Positions 1-9,220 of a stretch of 64,000 bases of DNA are shown one piece after another. The stretch lies in assembly GCA_947585425.1 (NCBI GenBank), contig CANPWZ010000001.1:70367-134366 (forward strand), written 5' to 3'. A program made the translations under genes and the position numbers. Origin of the DNA: an uncultured Oscillospiraceae bacterium. Lineage in GTDB: Bacteria > Bacillota > Clostridia > Oscillospirales > Oscillospiraceae. Position 1 is the first letter of the stretch. Each line of letters starts with the position of its first letter. The notes beneath the pieces are model-generated. The model was not told the origin of the DNA and searched no databases. It saw only the letters and a list, made by a program, of their open reading frames with translations.

Positions 1-1247
1 CCGGCGTGTTCCGCAACTATACCCAGAGCAACTACCTCTCCGCCGCCCGGCAGTTCGTCAACCAGTTCGAGGATAAAAACGTCATCGAGGTCCAGTTCCT
101 CAACTCCGGCAGCCGGGTGCTCATGTCCTCCAACATGGTCATCACCGGCGCCGGCGTGGACAGCGCCGATGTGTCCGCCGCCATCGCCACCCAGCGGGTG
201 CAGGCCTCCATCGGCAAGACGGAGAGCGGGGAGAGCGTGGTGTCCGCCTCCGCCCCGGTGGTGTACGGAGGGACCGTGGTGGGCGTGGTGCGCTTTATCA
301 CCTCCCTGCGGGAGGTGGACCGGCAGATGCTTCGGCTTTTGGCCGTCTGCGTCGCCGTGGGCCTGGTGGTGGTGGCCGTCGTGGCCCTGTTCGCCTCCTA
401 CTTTATCAAGTCGGTGCTGGACCCGGTCATCCGGGTCACCGAGACCGCCAAGCGCATCGCCGCCGGCAGCTACGGCGTGCAGATGGAGAAGCGGGCCGAC
501 GACGAGATGGGCGAGCTGGTGGACACCATCAACGATATGTCCATGAAGATCGACCAGGCCGAGCGGGCCCAGTCGGAATTCATCTCCTCCGTGTCCCACG
601 AGCTGCGCACCCCCCTCACCGCCATCAACGGCTGGGCGGAGACCCTCTACAACGGCGAGGTGCGGGACGCCGACGATGTGAAAAAGGGCATGGGCATCAT
701 CGTGTCCGAGGCCCAGCGCCTCACCCGCATGGTGGAGGAGCTGCTGGAGTTTTCCCGGATGGAGACGGGCCGCTTCAGCCTCTCCGTGGAGCCCATCGAC
801 CTCCAGGCCGAGCTGGAGGACGCGGTGTACACCTATCAGGAGTTCTTCCGCCGGAAGGGCCTGGAGCTGGTCTATACCCCCTGCCCGGAGGAGCTGCCCA
901 TCATCAACGGCGACCCGGAGCGGCTGCGGCAGGTGTTCTGCAATCTGCTGGACAACGCCGACAAGCACGGCGGCTCCGGCGGCCGCATCGACGTGTCGGT
1001 GGAGAAGGAGGAGGAGTACGCCGTCATCCGTATCCGGGATTACGGCCGCGGCGTGCCCGAGGACGAGCTGCCCTACATCAAGTATAAGTTCTACAAGGGC
1101 TCCTCCAACGTCCGGGGCTCGGGCATCGGCCTGGCCGTGGTGGACGAGATCGTGGCCTCCCACAACGGCGTCTTCGAGGTGGGCAACGCCGAGGGCGGCG
1201 GCTTCGTGGCCACCATCCGCCTGCCCCTCCACGAGGACACGGTGTAA
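1..1247 (+). CDS. Sensor histidine kinase, 5'-truncated by the window edge (sensor region, TM, HAMP, HisKA, HATPase_c)
   Basis: ORF 6..1247. H-box FISSVSHELRTPLT and ATPase motifs NLLDNADKHG, DYGRGVP, GSGIGLAVV. Only one TM (LLAVCVAVGLVVVAVVALFASYF) and no credible start, so the gene begins upstream of the window. Confidence 0.85.
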   Translation, partial: GVFRNYTQSNYLSAARQFVNQFEDKNVIEVQFLNSGSRVLMSSNMVITGAGVDSADVSAAIATQRVQASIGKTESGESVVSASAPVVYGGTVVGVVRFITSLREVDRQMLRLLAVCVAVGLVVVAVVALFASYFIKSVLDPVIRVTETAKRIAAGSYGVQMEKRADDEMGELVDTINDMSMKIDQAERAQSEFISSVSHELRTPLTAINGWAETLYNGEVRDADDVKKGMGIIVSEAQRLTRMVEELLEFSRMETGRFSLSVEPIDLQAELEDAVYTYQEFFRRKGLELVYTPCPEELPIINGDPERLRQVFCNLLDNADKHGGSGGRIDVSVEKEEEYAVIRIRDYGRGVPEDELPYIKYKFYKGSSNVRGSGIGLAVVDEIVASHNGVFEVGNAEGGGFVATIRLPLHEDTV

Positions 1248-1252
1248 ACATC

Positions 1253-1270
1253 TTAGAACTTTTGTTCTAA
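1253..1270. promoter_or_regulatory. Perfect palindrome TTAGAAC-TTTT-GTTCTAA containing the GAAC-N4-GTTC core of the Firmicute LexA (Cheo) box
   Basis: Read directly from sequence: 7+7 nt inverted repeat, 6 nt after the kinase stop and 7 nt upstream of the -35 of the next promoter. No U-tract follows it, so it is a poor terminator. Confidence 0.45.
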
Positions 1271-1276
1271 AAAAGC

Positions 1277-1305
1277 TTGCAATCAAACGAATGTTCTGAT
1301 ATAAT
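1277..1305 (+). promoter_or_regulatory. Sigma-70/SigA-type promoter (TTGCAA - 17 nt - TATAAT)
   Basis: -35 at 1277-1282, -10 at 1300-1305, exact 17-nt spacer. About 24 nt upstream of the DUF1385 ATG, which has SD GAAGGAG. Confidence 0.6.
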
Positions 1306-1328
1306 CTCAGCGTACGAAGGAGAACTCT

Positions 1329-2300
1329 ATGCCGAAACAAGACGCGCAGACCTGCACACCCTACAAGACCTCCTGCGGCGGGCAGGCGCTGATGGAGGGC
1401 ATCATGATGCGGGGGCCGGAGAAACAGGCCGTGGTGGTCCGCAAGCCCGACGGGGAGCTGGACGTCGAGGTCACCCCCATCCCGCCCAAAAGCGCCTTCG
1501 CCAAGCTGCCCTTCATCCGGGGGATCTTCATTTTTTGTTCCTCTATGGTCAACGGCGTCAGGGCGCTGATGCGCTCCGCCGAGATCTCCGGCATGGAGGA
1601 CCTGGAGGACGAGGAGCCCGGCGCTCTGGATAAGTGGATCGAGGGCCACTTTTCCAGTGAGAAGGCCAGCGCCATCATCGTCACCATAGCGGCCATTCTG
1701 GGCATCGCTATGTCGGTGGGGCTGTTCATCCTGCTGCCCACCGCCGTCACCGGGCTCATCGGCCTCTTTTGGAAGGGGATGCCCCTGTGGTTCCGCTCGG
1801 TGCTGGAGGGCATTCTGAAGGTGGCCATCTTCATGACCTACCTGTTCCTGGTGTCCCGCATGAAGGAGATCCACCGGGTGTTCGAGTACCACGGCGCGGA
1901 GCACAAATCCATCTACTGCTATGAGAACGGCCTGGAGCTCACCGTGGAGAACGTGCGGAAGATGCCCCGGCACCACCCCCGGTGCGGCACCAGCTTCCTG
2001 TTCGTGGTCATCGCGGTGTCCATCTTCCTGTCCATCGTCATCTTCACCCCGCTGAAGATCGAGAACACCTTTCTGCGGATGCTGCTCCATCTGCTGCTGC
2101 TGCCCGTCATCGTGGGGGTCACCTACGAGTTCAACCGCTATGTAGGAGGTCACGACGGCCCGGTCTGCCGTGCCCTCCGGGCGCCTGGGATGTGGATGCA
2201 GAACTTTACCACTTTCGAGCCGGACGACTCCATGATCGAGGTGGGCATCGAGGCGCTGAAACGGGTGCTGCCCGAGGAAAAGGGCGCCGACGCCTGGTGA
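1329..2300 (+). CDS. DUF1385 (YqhQ-like) membrane protein
   Basis: N-terminal GGQALMEGIMMRGP, central HGAEHK and PRCGTSF motifs typical of DUF1385. Classic position immediately upstream of prmC. Confidence 0.8.
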   Translation: MPKQDAQTCTPYKTSCGGQALMEGIMMRGPEKQAVVVRKPDGELDVEVTPIPPKSAFAKLPFIRGIFIFCSSMVNGVRALMRSAEISGMEDLEDEEPGALDKWIEGHFSSEKASAIIVTIAAILGIAMSVGLFILLPTAVTGLIGLFWKGMPLWFRSVLEGILKVAIFMTYLFLVSRMKEIHRVFEYHGAEHKSIYCYENGLELTVENVRKMPRHHPRCGTSFLFVVIAVSIFLSIVIFTPLKIENTFLRMLLHLLLLPVIVGVTYEFNRYVGGHDGPVCRALRAPGMWMQNFTTFEPDDSMIEVGIEALKRVLPEEKGADAW

Positions 2301-2313
2301 GGGGGAAGCGGAC

Positions 2314-3225
2314 GTGGCCACCACCTACAACGAGTTATACCTCAACGCCCGCCGGGCCCTGAAAGCCGCCGGGGTGGAGCAGGCCCAGCTGGAGGCCCGG
2401 GAGCTGCTGTGCCTGGCCTCGGACAAGAGCAGGGAAAAGATGATGAGCGACCTGCCCCTCTACGCCCCCGACCATGTGGAGGCCCGGTTCCTGGAGCTGC
2501 TGGCCCGCCGCCTGGCGGGGGAGCCGGTGGCCTATATCCTGGGGGAGTGGGACTTCTACGGCATGACCCTGGACATCTGCCGGGACGTGCTCATCCCCAG
2601 GCCGGACACCGAGACCCTGGTGGACCGGGGAGTGCTGTTCGTCCGGGACCTGCCCGAGGGGAGCTGGGCCCTGGACCTGTGCGCCGGCAGCGGCTGCGTG
2701 GGGCTGGCCCTGGCCAACTCCTGCGCCAACGTGCGGGTCATCCTGGCCGAGTGGTCGGAGGACGCCCTGCGGGTCTGCCGGCAGAACATCCGCCGCAGCG
2801 GCCTGAGCCGCCAGGTGAGCCAGGTGCGCGTCAACGCCATGGACCCGCCGCCCCGGTTGTTCCGGGATTTTGACGTCATCCTCTGCAACCCGCCCTACAT
2901 CCCCACCGGGGATCTGGACAAGCTGGACCCCTCCGTCCGGGACTACGAGCCCCGGATGGCCCTGGACGGCGGCCCCGACGGGCTGGCCTTTTATCGGGCC
3001 GTGGCCGACCGATGGAAGGCGGTGCTCCGCCCCGGCGGGAAGCTGATCTTCGAGGTGGGCTTCGACCAGGCAGCGGCGGTGACGGCCATCCTGGAGGAAA
3101 ACGGCTACGAGGACATCCGGGTCACCCAGGACCCCGCCGGGCACCAGCGGGTGGTGGAGGGCTCCAAGCCGCGGCCCGACCTGTTCGCCGGCCTGGTGCC
3201 CGACCTGGACGAGTCGGGGGAATAA
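2314..3225 (+). CDS. prmC: Peptide chain release factor N5-glutamine methyltransferase
   Basis: GTG start with SD GAGGGGGAAG. SAM motif LDLCAGSGCVGLA and catalytic NPPY (CNPPYIP). Confidence 0.9.
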   Translation: MATTYNELYLNARRALKAAGVEQAQLEARELLCLASDKSREKMMSDLPLYAPDHVEARFLELLARRLAGEPVAYILGEWDFYGMTLDICRDVLIPRPDTETLVDRGVLFVRDLPEGSWALDLCAGSGCVGLALANSCANVRVILAEWSEDALRVCRQNIRRSGLSRQVSQVRVNAMDPPPRLFRDFDVILCNPPYIPTGDLDKLDPSVRDYEPRMALDGGPDGLAFYRAVADRWKAVLRPGGKLIFEVGFDQAAAVTAILEENGYEDIRVTQDPAGHQRVVEGSKPRPDLFAGLVPDLDESGE

Positions 3226-3327
3226 GTCCGTTTTAACGGACTTCCAATCTGGCAGGATAGCGCTGGAGGCCGGAGCGCGGCCTTGATGAGCGAGCGTATC
3301 GTATTTTACGTGGAAGGATGATCGAAC

Positions 3328-4428
3328 ATGGCTGACAAAAAGAAACTGGTGGAGAGCGCTGCCCCGGCGTCCGACAAGAAGAAGGCCCTGGACACCGCCA
3401 TCGCCCAGATCGAGCGGGACTACGGCAAGGGCTCCATCATGCGGCTGGGGGAGAACTCCCATATCCAGGTGGAGGCCATCCCCACCGGCTCCCTGTCCCT
3501 GGACATCGCTCTGGGGATCGGCGGCGTGCCCAAGGGCCGCATCATCGAGATCTACGGCCCCGAGTCCTCCGGCAAGACCACCCTGGCCCTGCACATCGTG
3601 GCCGAGGCCCAGAAGCGGGGGGGCGAGGTGGCCTTTATCGACGCGGAACACGCCCTGGATCCCACCTACGCCCGGGCCCTGGGAGTGGACATCGACTCCA
3701 TGCTCATCTCCCAGCCGGACACCGGCGAGCAGGGCCTGGAGATCTGCGAGGCCCTGGTGCGCTCCGGCGCCATCGACGTGGTGGTGGTGGACTCGGTGGC
3801 CGCCCTGACCCCCCGGGCCGAGATCGAGGGCGACATGGGCGACAGCCACGTGGGCCTGCTGGCCCGGCTCATGAGCCAGGCCCTCCGCAAGCTGGCGGGC
3901 TCCATCTCCAAGACCAACTGCATCGTGGTGTTTATCAACCAGCTCCGTGAGAAAGTCGGCGTGGTCTACGGCAACCCCGAGGTCACCACCGGCGGCCGCG
4001 CCCTGAAGTTCTATGCCTCCGTCCGCATGGAGGTCCGCCGGATCGAGGCCATCAAGAACGGCAGCGAGGTCATCGGCAGCCGCACCCGTGTGAAGATCGT
4101 GAAGAACAAGGTGGCCCCTCCCTTCCGGGAGGCCGAGTTCGAGATCCTCTACGGCGAGGGCATCTCCAAGTGGGGCGAGCTGGTGGACCTGGCCGTCAGG
4201 CTGGACATCATCCAGAAGTCGGGCTCCTGGTTCGCCATGGGCGAGACCCGGGTGGGCCAGGGCCGGGACGCGGTGAAGGCCTACCTCCAGGCCAACCCGG
4301 AGGTGGCCGAGAAGATCGAGGAGGAGATCCGGGCCAACTCCTTCAAGCTCATGTCCCGCCAGTCCCAGATCGCCGCCCGGGCCGCCGGCCGCGCCGTGGA
4401 CGTGTCCGCCGACGACTTCGAAGGCTAA
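3328..4428 (+). CDS. recA: Recombinase RecA
   Basis: Walker [10 protein letters not shown], plus IDAEHALDP and VVVDSVAAL motifs. Full length, about 366 aa. Confidence 0.98.
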   Translation: MADKKKLVESAAPASDKKKALDTAIAQIERDYGKGSIMRLGENSHIQVEAIPTGSLSLDIALGIGGVPKGRIIEIYGPESSGKTTLALHIVAEAQKRGGEVAFIDAEHALDPTYARALGVDIDSMLISQPDTGEQGLEICEALVRSGAIDVVVVDSVAALTPRAEIEGDMGDSHVGLLARLMSQALRKLAGSISKTNCIVVFINQLREKVGVVYGNPEVTTGGRALKFYASVRMEVRRIEAIKNGSEVIGSRTRVKIVKNKVAPPFREAEFEILYGEGISKWGELVDLAVRLDIIQKSGSWFAMGETRVGQGRDAVKAYLQANPEVAEKIEEEIRANSFKLMSRQSQIAARAAGRAVDVSADDFEG

Positions 4429-4456
4429 CCTACTTTTTCTCGAGAGAAAAAGTAGG
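4429..4456 (+). promoter_or_regulatory. Intercistronic recA-recX stem-loop (13-nt arms CCTACTTTTTCTC / GAGAAAAAGTAGG)
   Basis: Perfect palindrome starting 1 nt after the recA TAA. Followed by CAAAAAG, with no U-tract. Confidence 0.6.
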
Positions 4457-4491
4457 CAAAAAGAGCTTTAAACCACCTTATCGGAACGAAT

Positions 4492-5190
4492 ATGGTCATT
4501 GAAAAACTGGAGCCTTCCAAGCATAAGGAGGGCCGCTGGCTGGTCTGGTTCGAGGACGGCTCCCTGGTCCGGGTGGGGGAGGGGGACGTGGTGTCCCTGT
4601 CCCTCTACGCAGGCAAGGAGCTGACCGAGGACGAGGCCGCCGCCCTCGCTGCCGCCGCAGAGCGGGGGAAGCTCATGGAGCGGGCGGTGGGGCTGCTGGC
4701 CCTGCGGCCCATGTCCCGGAAGGAGCTGCTGGACAAGCTCACCGAGCCCCCTCGCCGCCGGCGGAAGCCGAACGCCAAAACCGTGGAGCCCCCCGAGCCC
4801 GACCCGGATACCCTCTATCGGCAGTCGGAGGCCCTCAGGGAGAGCGCGGAGGCGGCGGCGGACCGGCTGGAGGAGCTGGGCCTCCTGAACGACGGGGAGT
4901 ACGCCAAAACGGTGGTCCGGCACTACGCCGGCAAGGGCTACGGCGTCCGTAAACTGCGGGACGAGCTGTACCGCCGGGGGGTGCCCCGGGAGTACTGGGA
5001 GGACGCGCTTTCCGAGGCGGAGCCCGACCGGGACGAGGTGTACGGCCTGGCCCGGAAGAAGCTCCGGGACGGGGAGCCCACCCGGGAGAATCTGAAAAAG
5101 GTGTCCGACTACCTGGCCCGGAGGGGGTTCGGGTGGGAGGAGATCACCGCCGCGCTGGACCGGCTGCGGAGCGAGGAGGAAACAGAGTGA
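4492..5190 (+). CDS. recX: Recombination regulator RecX
   Basis: Position directly after recA. Repeated three-helix RecX-type segments (YAKTVVRHYAGKGYGVRKLRDELYRRGV; KKVSDYLARRGFGWEEI). Confidence 0.8.
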   Translation: MVIEKLEPSKHKEGRWLVWFEDGSLVRVGEGDVVSLSLYAGKELTEDEAAALAAAAERGKLMERAVGLLALRPMSRKELLDKLTEPPRRRRKPNAKTVEPPEPDPDTLYRQSEALRESAEAAADRLEELGLLNDGEYAKTVVRHYAGKGYGVRKLRDELYRRGVPREYWEDALSEAEPDRDEVYGLARKKLRDGEPTRENLKKVSDYLARRGFGWEEITAALDRLRSEEETE

Positions 5191-6515
5191 AACCCTATAC
5201 CGTGGCCTTTGTCTCTCTGGGCTGCGCCAAAAACCTCATCAACACCGAGCAGATGATGGCCCTCTGCCGGGACGCGGGCTTTACCGTCACCGGGGACCCG
5301 GAGGGGGCGGACGTGGCGGTGCTGAACACCTGCGGCTTCATCGAGGCCGCCAAGAGCGAGGCCATCGACAACATCCTGGAGCTGGCGGAGCTGAAAGCCC
5401 GGGGAAAGCTGAAAAAGCTGCTGGTGGCGGGCTGCCTGTCCCAGCGCTACCGGGAGGAGATCAAGGCCGAGCTGCCCGAGGTGGACGGCCTGCTGGGCAC
5501 CGGCAGCTATAACGACGTGGTGCCCGCCGTCGAGGCGCTGATGGCGGGGGAGAGGCCGGAGCGGTTCGGCGACATCCACCGCACCTGGGACGGCGGGGAC
5601 CGCTGGGTCACCACGCCCCCCTGGACTGCCTATCTCAAGATCGCCGAGGGCTGCTCCAACGGCTGCGCCTTCTGTGTCATCCCCCGCATCCGGGGGAAGT
5701 ACCGCAGCCGCCCCATGGCCGAGCTGCTCTCCGAGGCGGAGGGCCTTGCCCGCCGGGGGGTGAAGGAGCTCATCGTCATCGCCCAGGACATCACCCGGTA
5801 TGGCGAGGATTTCAGGGACGGCACCACTTTGGCGGGGCTGCTCCGTGAATTATGTAAACTGGACTTCCACTGGATCCGGCTCCACTACCTGTACCCGGAG
5901 GCGGTCACCGACGAGCTGATCGGCGTCATCGCGTCGGAGAAGAAGATCGTCCACTACCTGGACATCCCCATCCAGCACGCCAACGACGGCATTTTGAAGG
6001 CCATGCGCCGGCGCACCTCCAAGGAGGAGCTGCGCTCTCTGTTTGCCAGGCTCCGCTCCGCCATGCCCGACGTGGTCATCCGCACCTCCCTCATCTGCGG
6101 GCTCCCCGGCGAGGGAGAGGCGGAGTTCGAGGAGCTGTGCGATTTTCTCCGGGAGCAGAAGCTCCAGCGGGTGGGGGCTTTCCAGTTCTCCCCGGAGGAG
6201 GGCACCCTGGCCGCCGCCATGGAGGACCAGGTGGACCCGGAGACCGCCGCCCGCCGGGTGGAGCTGGTCACCGACCTCCAGTCCCGGATCATGGACGAGT
6301 ACAACGAGGCCCGGCTGGGGACCTGCATGGAGGTGCTGTGCGAGGGCTTTGACGCCAGCGGCGGCTGCTATGTGGGCCGCACCTACGCCGATTCGGTGGA
6401 GATCGACGGCAGGGTGCTCTTTACCGCCGCGGGGCTGGCGCCCGCCGGGGAGTTCGTGTGGGTGCGGATCACCGGCGTGTCCGACGGCGATCTCATGGGA
6501 GAAATCGAGGAGTGA
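5187..6515 (+). CDS. rimO: Ribosomal protein S12 methylthiotransferase RimO (radical SAM)
   Basis: GTG at 5187 overlaps the recX stop (GTGA). N-terminal VSLGCAKN, radical-SAM CSNGCAFC, C-terminal TRAM-like domain. Confidence 0.9.
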   Translation: MKPYTVAFVSLGCAKNLINTEQMMALCRDAGFTVTGDPEGADVAVLNTCGFIEAAKSEAIDNILELAELKARGKLKKLLVAGCLSQRYREEIKAELPEVDGLLGTGSYNDVVPAVEALMAGERPERFGDIHRTWDGGDRWVTTPPWTAYLKIAEGCSNGCAFCVIPRIRGKYRSRPMAELLSEAEGLARRGVKELIVIAQDITRYGEDFRDGTTLAGLLRELCKLDFHWIRLHYLYPEAVTDELIGVIASEKKIVHYLDIPIQHANDGILKAMRRRTSKEELRSLFARLRSAMPDVVIRTSLICGLPGEGEAEFEELCDFLREQKLQRVGAFQFSPEEGTLAAAMEDQVDPETAARRVELVTDLQSRIMDEYNEARLGTCMEVLCEGFDASGGCYVGRTYADSVEIDGRVLFTAAGLAPAGEFVWVRITGVSDGDLMGEIEE

Positions 6516-6521
6516 ACGCGT

Positions 6522-7046
6522 ATGAATACCGCCAACAAACTGACCATGCTGCGGGTGATCCTGATCCCCGTGTATGTGATCCTGTGGTACTGTGATTTCC
6601 CGGGACATGTCTACGCCGCCCTGGCGGTGTTCGTCATCGCCAGCGTCACCGACTTTGTGGACGGCTACGTGGCCCGGCACTATAACCAGATCACCGACTT
6701 CGGCAAGTTCATGGACCCCCTGGCCGACAAGGTGCTGGTGGTCACCGCCATGATCTGCTTCTGCGCCCGGGGCCGGATGCCCGACTGGGCGGTGGCCATC
6801 GTCATCCTGCGGGAGTTCGCCGTGTCCGGCCTGCGGCTGGTGGCGGTGGACAACGGCCGGGTGGTGGCCGCCGGCTGGTCCGGCAAGGTCAAAACCGCCT
6901 CCACCATGGTGTGCCTGATCCTCATGCACTTTCCCATCCCCGCGGCCCTGAACTGGGTGTGCGTGGCGGTCATCGCCGCCACCACCCTGTACTCCGGGGT
7001 GGAGTATTTCGTCAAAAACCGGGACGTGCTGAACTGGAACAAGTGA
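6522..7046 (+). CDS. pgsA: CDP-diacylglycerol--glycerol-3-phosphate 3-phosphatidyltransferase
   Basis: CDP-alcohol phosphotransferase motif [27 protein letters not shown]. Four or more TM segments. Confidence 0.9.
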   Translation: MNTANKLTMLRVILIPVYVILWYCDFPGHVYAALAVFVIASVTDFVDGYVARHYNQITDFGKFMDPLADKVLVVTAMICFCARGRMPDWAVAIVILREFAVSGLRLVAVDNGRVVAAGWSGKVKTASTMVCLILMHFPIPAALNWVCVAVIAATTLYSGVEYFVKNRDVLNWNK

Positions 7047-7047
7047 T

Positions 7048-7770
7048 ATGCTGGACTTTTCCAAGACGCTGAAGGCGGAGAAGCCCCTGATCCACCCCAC
7101 CTGCGTGGTGAAAAACTGCGTGTTCGGGCGGTATGTGGAGCTGGGCGACCACTGCATCGCCGAGGAGACCGCCTTCGGCGACTACACCTATCTCTTTGGC
7201 TCCAACGACGTGATCTACACCGAATTGGGCAAGTTCAACTCCGTCGCCACCGGGGTGCGGATCAACCCGGTGCAGCACCCCATGCGGGAGCGGGCGGCGG
7301 CCCACCACCTGACCTACCGCGCCTCCCACTACGGTCTGGGGGAGGACGACACGGCGCTCATCGACTGGCGGCGGCAGCGCCGGGTGACCACCGGGAACGA
7401 CGTGTGGATCGGCCACAACGCGGTCATCATGGGGGGCGTCGCCCTGGGGGACGGGGCCGTCGTCGGCGCCGGCGCGGTGGTGACCCACGACGTGCGCCCC
7501 TACGAGATCGTGGGGGGCGTCCCCGCCCGGCACATGGGCTGGCGGTACGGCGAGGACACCGTCGCCGCCCTGCTCCGCATCCGCTGGTGGGACTGGTCCC
7601 ACCAGGAGCTGCGGGAGCGGCTCAGGGACTTCAACGACGTGCCCGCCTTTGTGAAAAAGTACGATACGATATGGAAAAGGCCCGCCGTAAGGCGGGCCTT
7701 TTCCTGCGCAAATTCAGCTTACACGAGGCAACGGAGGATATACATCCCGTCGTGCCAGGTGTCGATGTAG
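7048..7770 (+). CDS. Hexapeptide-repeat acyl/acetyltransferase (xenobiotic acetyltransferase-like) with an apparent C-terminal extension
   Basis: Left-handed beta-helix repeats ([25 protein letters not shown]) and WWDW motif. The last 30 or so codons run through a terminator hairpin and the 3' end of the convergent gene. Confidence 0.75.
   Translation: MLDFSKTLKAEKPLIHPTCVVKNCVFGRYVELGDHCIAEETAFGDYTYLFGSNDVIYTELGKFNSVATGVRINPVQHPMRERAAAHHLTYRASHYGLGEDDTALIDWRRQRRVTTGNDVWIGHNAVIMGGVALGDGAVVGAGAVVTHDVRPYEIVGGVPARHMGWRYGEDTVAALLRIRWWDWSHQELRERLRDFNDVPAFVKKYDTIWKRPAVRRAFSCANSAYTRQRRIYIPSCQVSM
7675..7704. terminator. Bidirectional intrinsic terminator (AAAAGGCCCGCC-GTAA-GGCGGGCCTTTT)
   Basis: 8-bp GC stem flanked by an A-run and a T-run. 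Lies downstream of the minus-strand gene ending at 7719 and inside the tail of ORF 7048..7770. Confidence 0.8.
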
Positions 7771-9080
7771 ATGTAGCCGCGGTCGTCCACCACGCAGTCC
7801 TCGGTGGTGGCGATCATGGGGCCGGGGATGGGGATGGGGAACAGCAGCTTCTCGGGGTTCGGGGGGATGAAGTAGGCCAGCTCCTTGATGTAGTAGGGGT
7901 CGGTCACGTCGAACACCCGGAGGCCGGCGTGGAAGTAGCAGTTGTAGATGCGGTTGGGGTTGTCCTCCAGCCAGGGCTTGCCCATGGGCTCGTGGATGTT
8001 GTGGGGGCCGAAGGGGCCGGGGGCGCCGATGCCGCAGTCGTTGAAGTTGGGGTAGGGGAAGTCCTCGGGCACCTCGGGATAGGGGAACTCGGCCACCAGG
8101 GTGGGGTCGGCGGGATCGGATACGTCGATCATGTGCAGGTTGTTCATGGGCTGGGCGCCCTTGTGGACGCCGTTGAGGATCTTGTCCCGGTTGAAGAAGG
8201 GGAACCGCTCGCCCTCGTTGGTCAGCACGGCGAAGTTCCGGCCGGTGAGGCGCATATAGGTGTGGCACTGGGCCCCGTCGAACTTGCCGGCGAAGGGGGG
8301 CTGCACCATCAGCTGGGAGATGAGCTTGGGCCGGGTGGGGTCGGAGATGTCCAGGATGATGGCGCCGCCGCCGAAGTAGCCCAGGTACAGCTCATTGGGC
8401 CGGTCGGCGCAGATGTTGCAGGCGTGGCACATGCCCCAGAACTTCTCGGCGTCGTGCCCCACGGCGTAGGTGCCCTCCACCATGCCGTCCTTGAACTGCT
8501 TGGGGAGCCACCAGCGGCCGGCCTCCACCGGGTTGCTGGGGTCGGCGATGTCCAGGATGCGGACGATGAAGCCGATGAAGCCCGGGCACTCGGCGGGCAT
8601 ATAGACGTACCTGCCGCCGTTGTAGGCGAAGCGGTGGACGCCCATGCCGTTGGGCAGGCCGGTGTGCCAGTGGGACAGCAGCTTGGGGTGGATGGGGTCC
8701 TCTTTCAGACTGTAAATTTGCAGGCCGTCGTCGGCGGGATCGCCGGGCTTGATGCCGTGGAGGAAGGGCACGCCGCCGCCCAGAGCCACGATGAGCAGGT
8801 CGTTGGCCACTTGGACCTTGGGGGTGGACTGGGCGAAGTAGATCTTGGGGTCGCTGACGTAGACGCAGCCCACCACCGTGGGCTTGGCGGGGTCAGTGAC
8901 GTCCACGATGTTGACCTCCGCGCCCTTGAAGGAGCCGCAGTACATCAGATACCGATCGCCGGTCTTGTACAGGGCCATCTGGAAAGCGTTGATGCCGTTC
9001 AGATTGCAGAAGCCCACCACCTCCATGTTCTTGATGTAGCCCTGGTTCGTCTCGCTCTTCGCGTAGAAGGGAATGGACAT
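7719..9080 (-). CDS. LVIVD-repeat / beta-propeller protein, no signal peptide seen
   Basis: Start moved to the ATG at 9080 (SD AAAGGAGG). Repeated hydrophobic-strand plus D motifs ([38 protein letters not shown]) typical of LVIVD propeller blades. Confidence 0.65.
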   Translation of the reverse strand: MSIPFYAKSETNQGYIKNMEVVGFCNLNGINAFQMALYKTGDRYLMYCGSFKGAEVNIVDVTDPAKPTVVGCVYVSDPKIYFAQSTPKVQVANDLLIVALGGGVPFLHGIKPGDPADDGLQIYSLKEDPIHPKLLSHWHTGLPNGMGVHRFAYNGGRYVYMPAECPGFIGFIVRILDIADPSNPVEAGRWWLPKQFKDGMVEGTYAVGHDAEKFWGMCHACNICADRPNELYLGYFGGGAIILDISDPTRPKLISQLMVQPPFAGKFDGAQCHTYMRLTGRNFAVLTNEGERFPFFNRDKILNGVHKGAQPMNNLHMIDVSDPADPTLVAEFPYPEVPEDFPYPNFNDCGIGAPGPFGPHNIHEPMGKPWLEDNPNRIYNCYFHAGLRVFDVTDPYYIKELAYFIPPNPEKLLFPIPIPGPMIATTEDCVVDDRGYIYIDTWHDGMYILRCLV

Positions 9081-9220
9081 AAGGTTGCCTCCTTTGTAGG
9101 AATTTTCCTGTTTATAGGTTACTCCCCGCAAACCGGTTTGTCAAATTTTTTTGCGCCAAAAAACGGGCCGTTTTTTTGGGGGATTTTCATAATCCGGGGG
9201 CGGGCCGCCGCGAAAATGCC

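Noticed and set aside
3224-3243. Palindrome AAGTCCGTT-TT-AACGGACTT just after prmC, considered as the recA LexA box or a terminator.
   Set aside because: It has no GAAC/GTTC half-sites and no U-tract. It may be a weak processing or pause structure but I cannot support a call.
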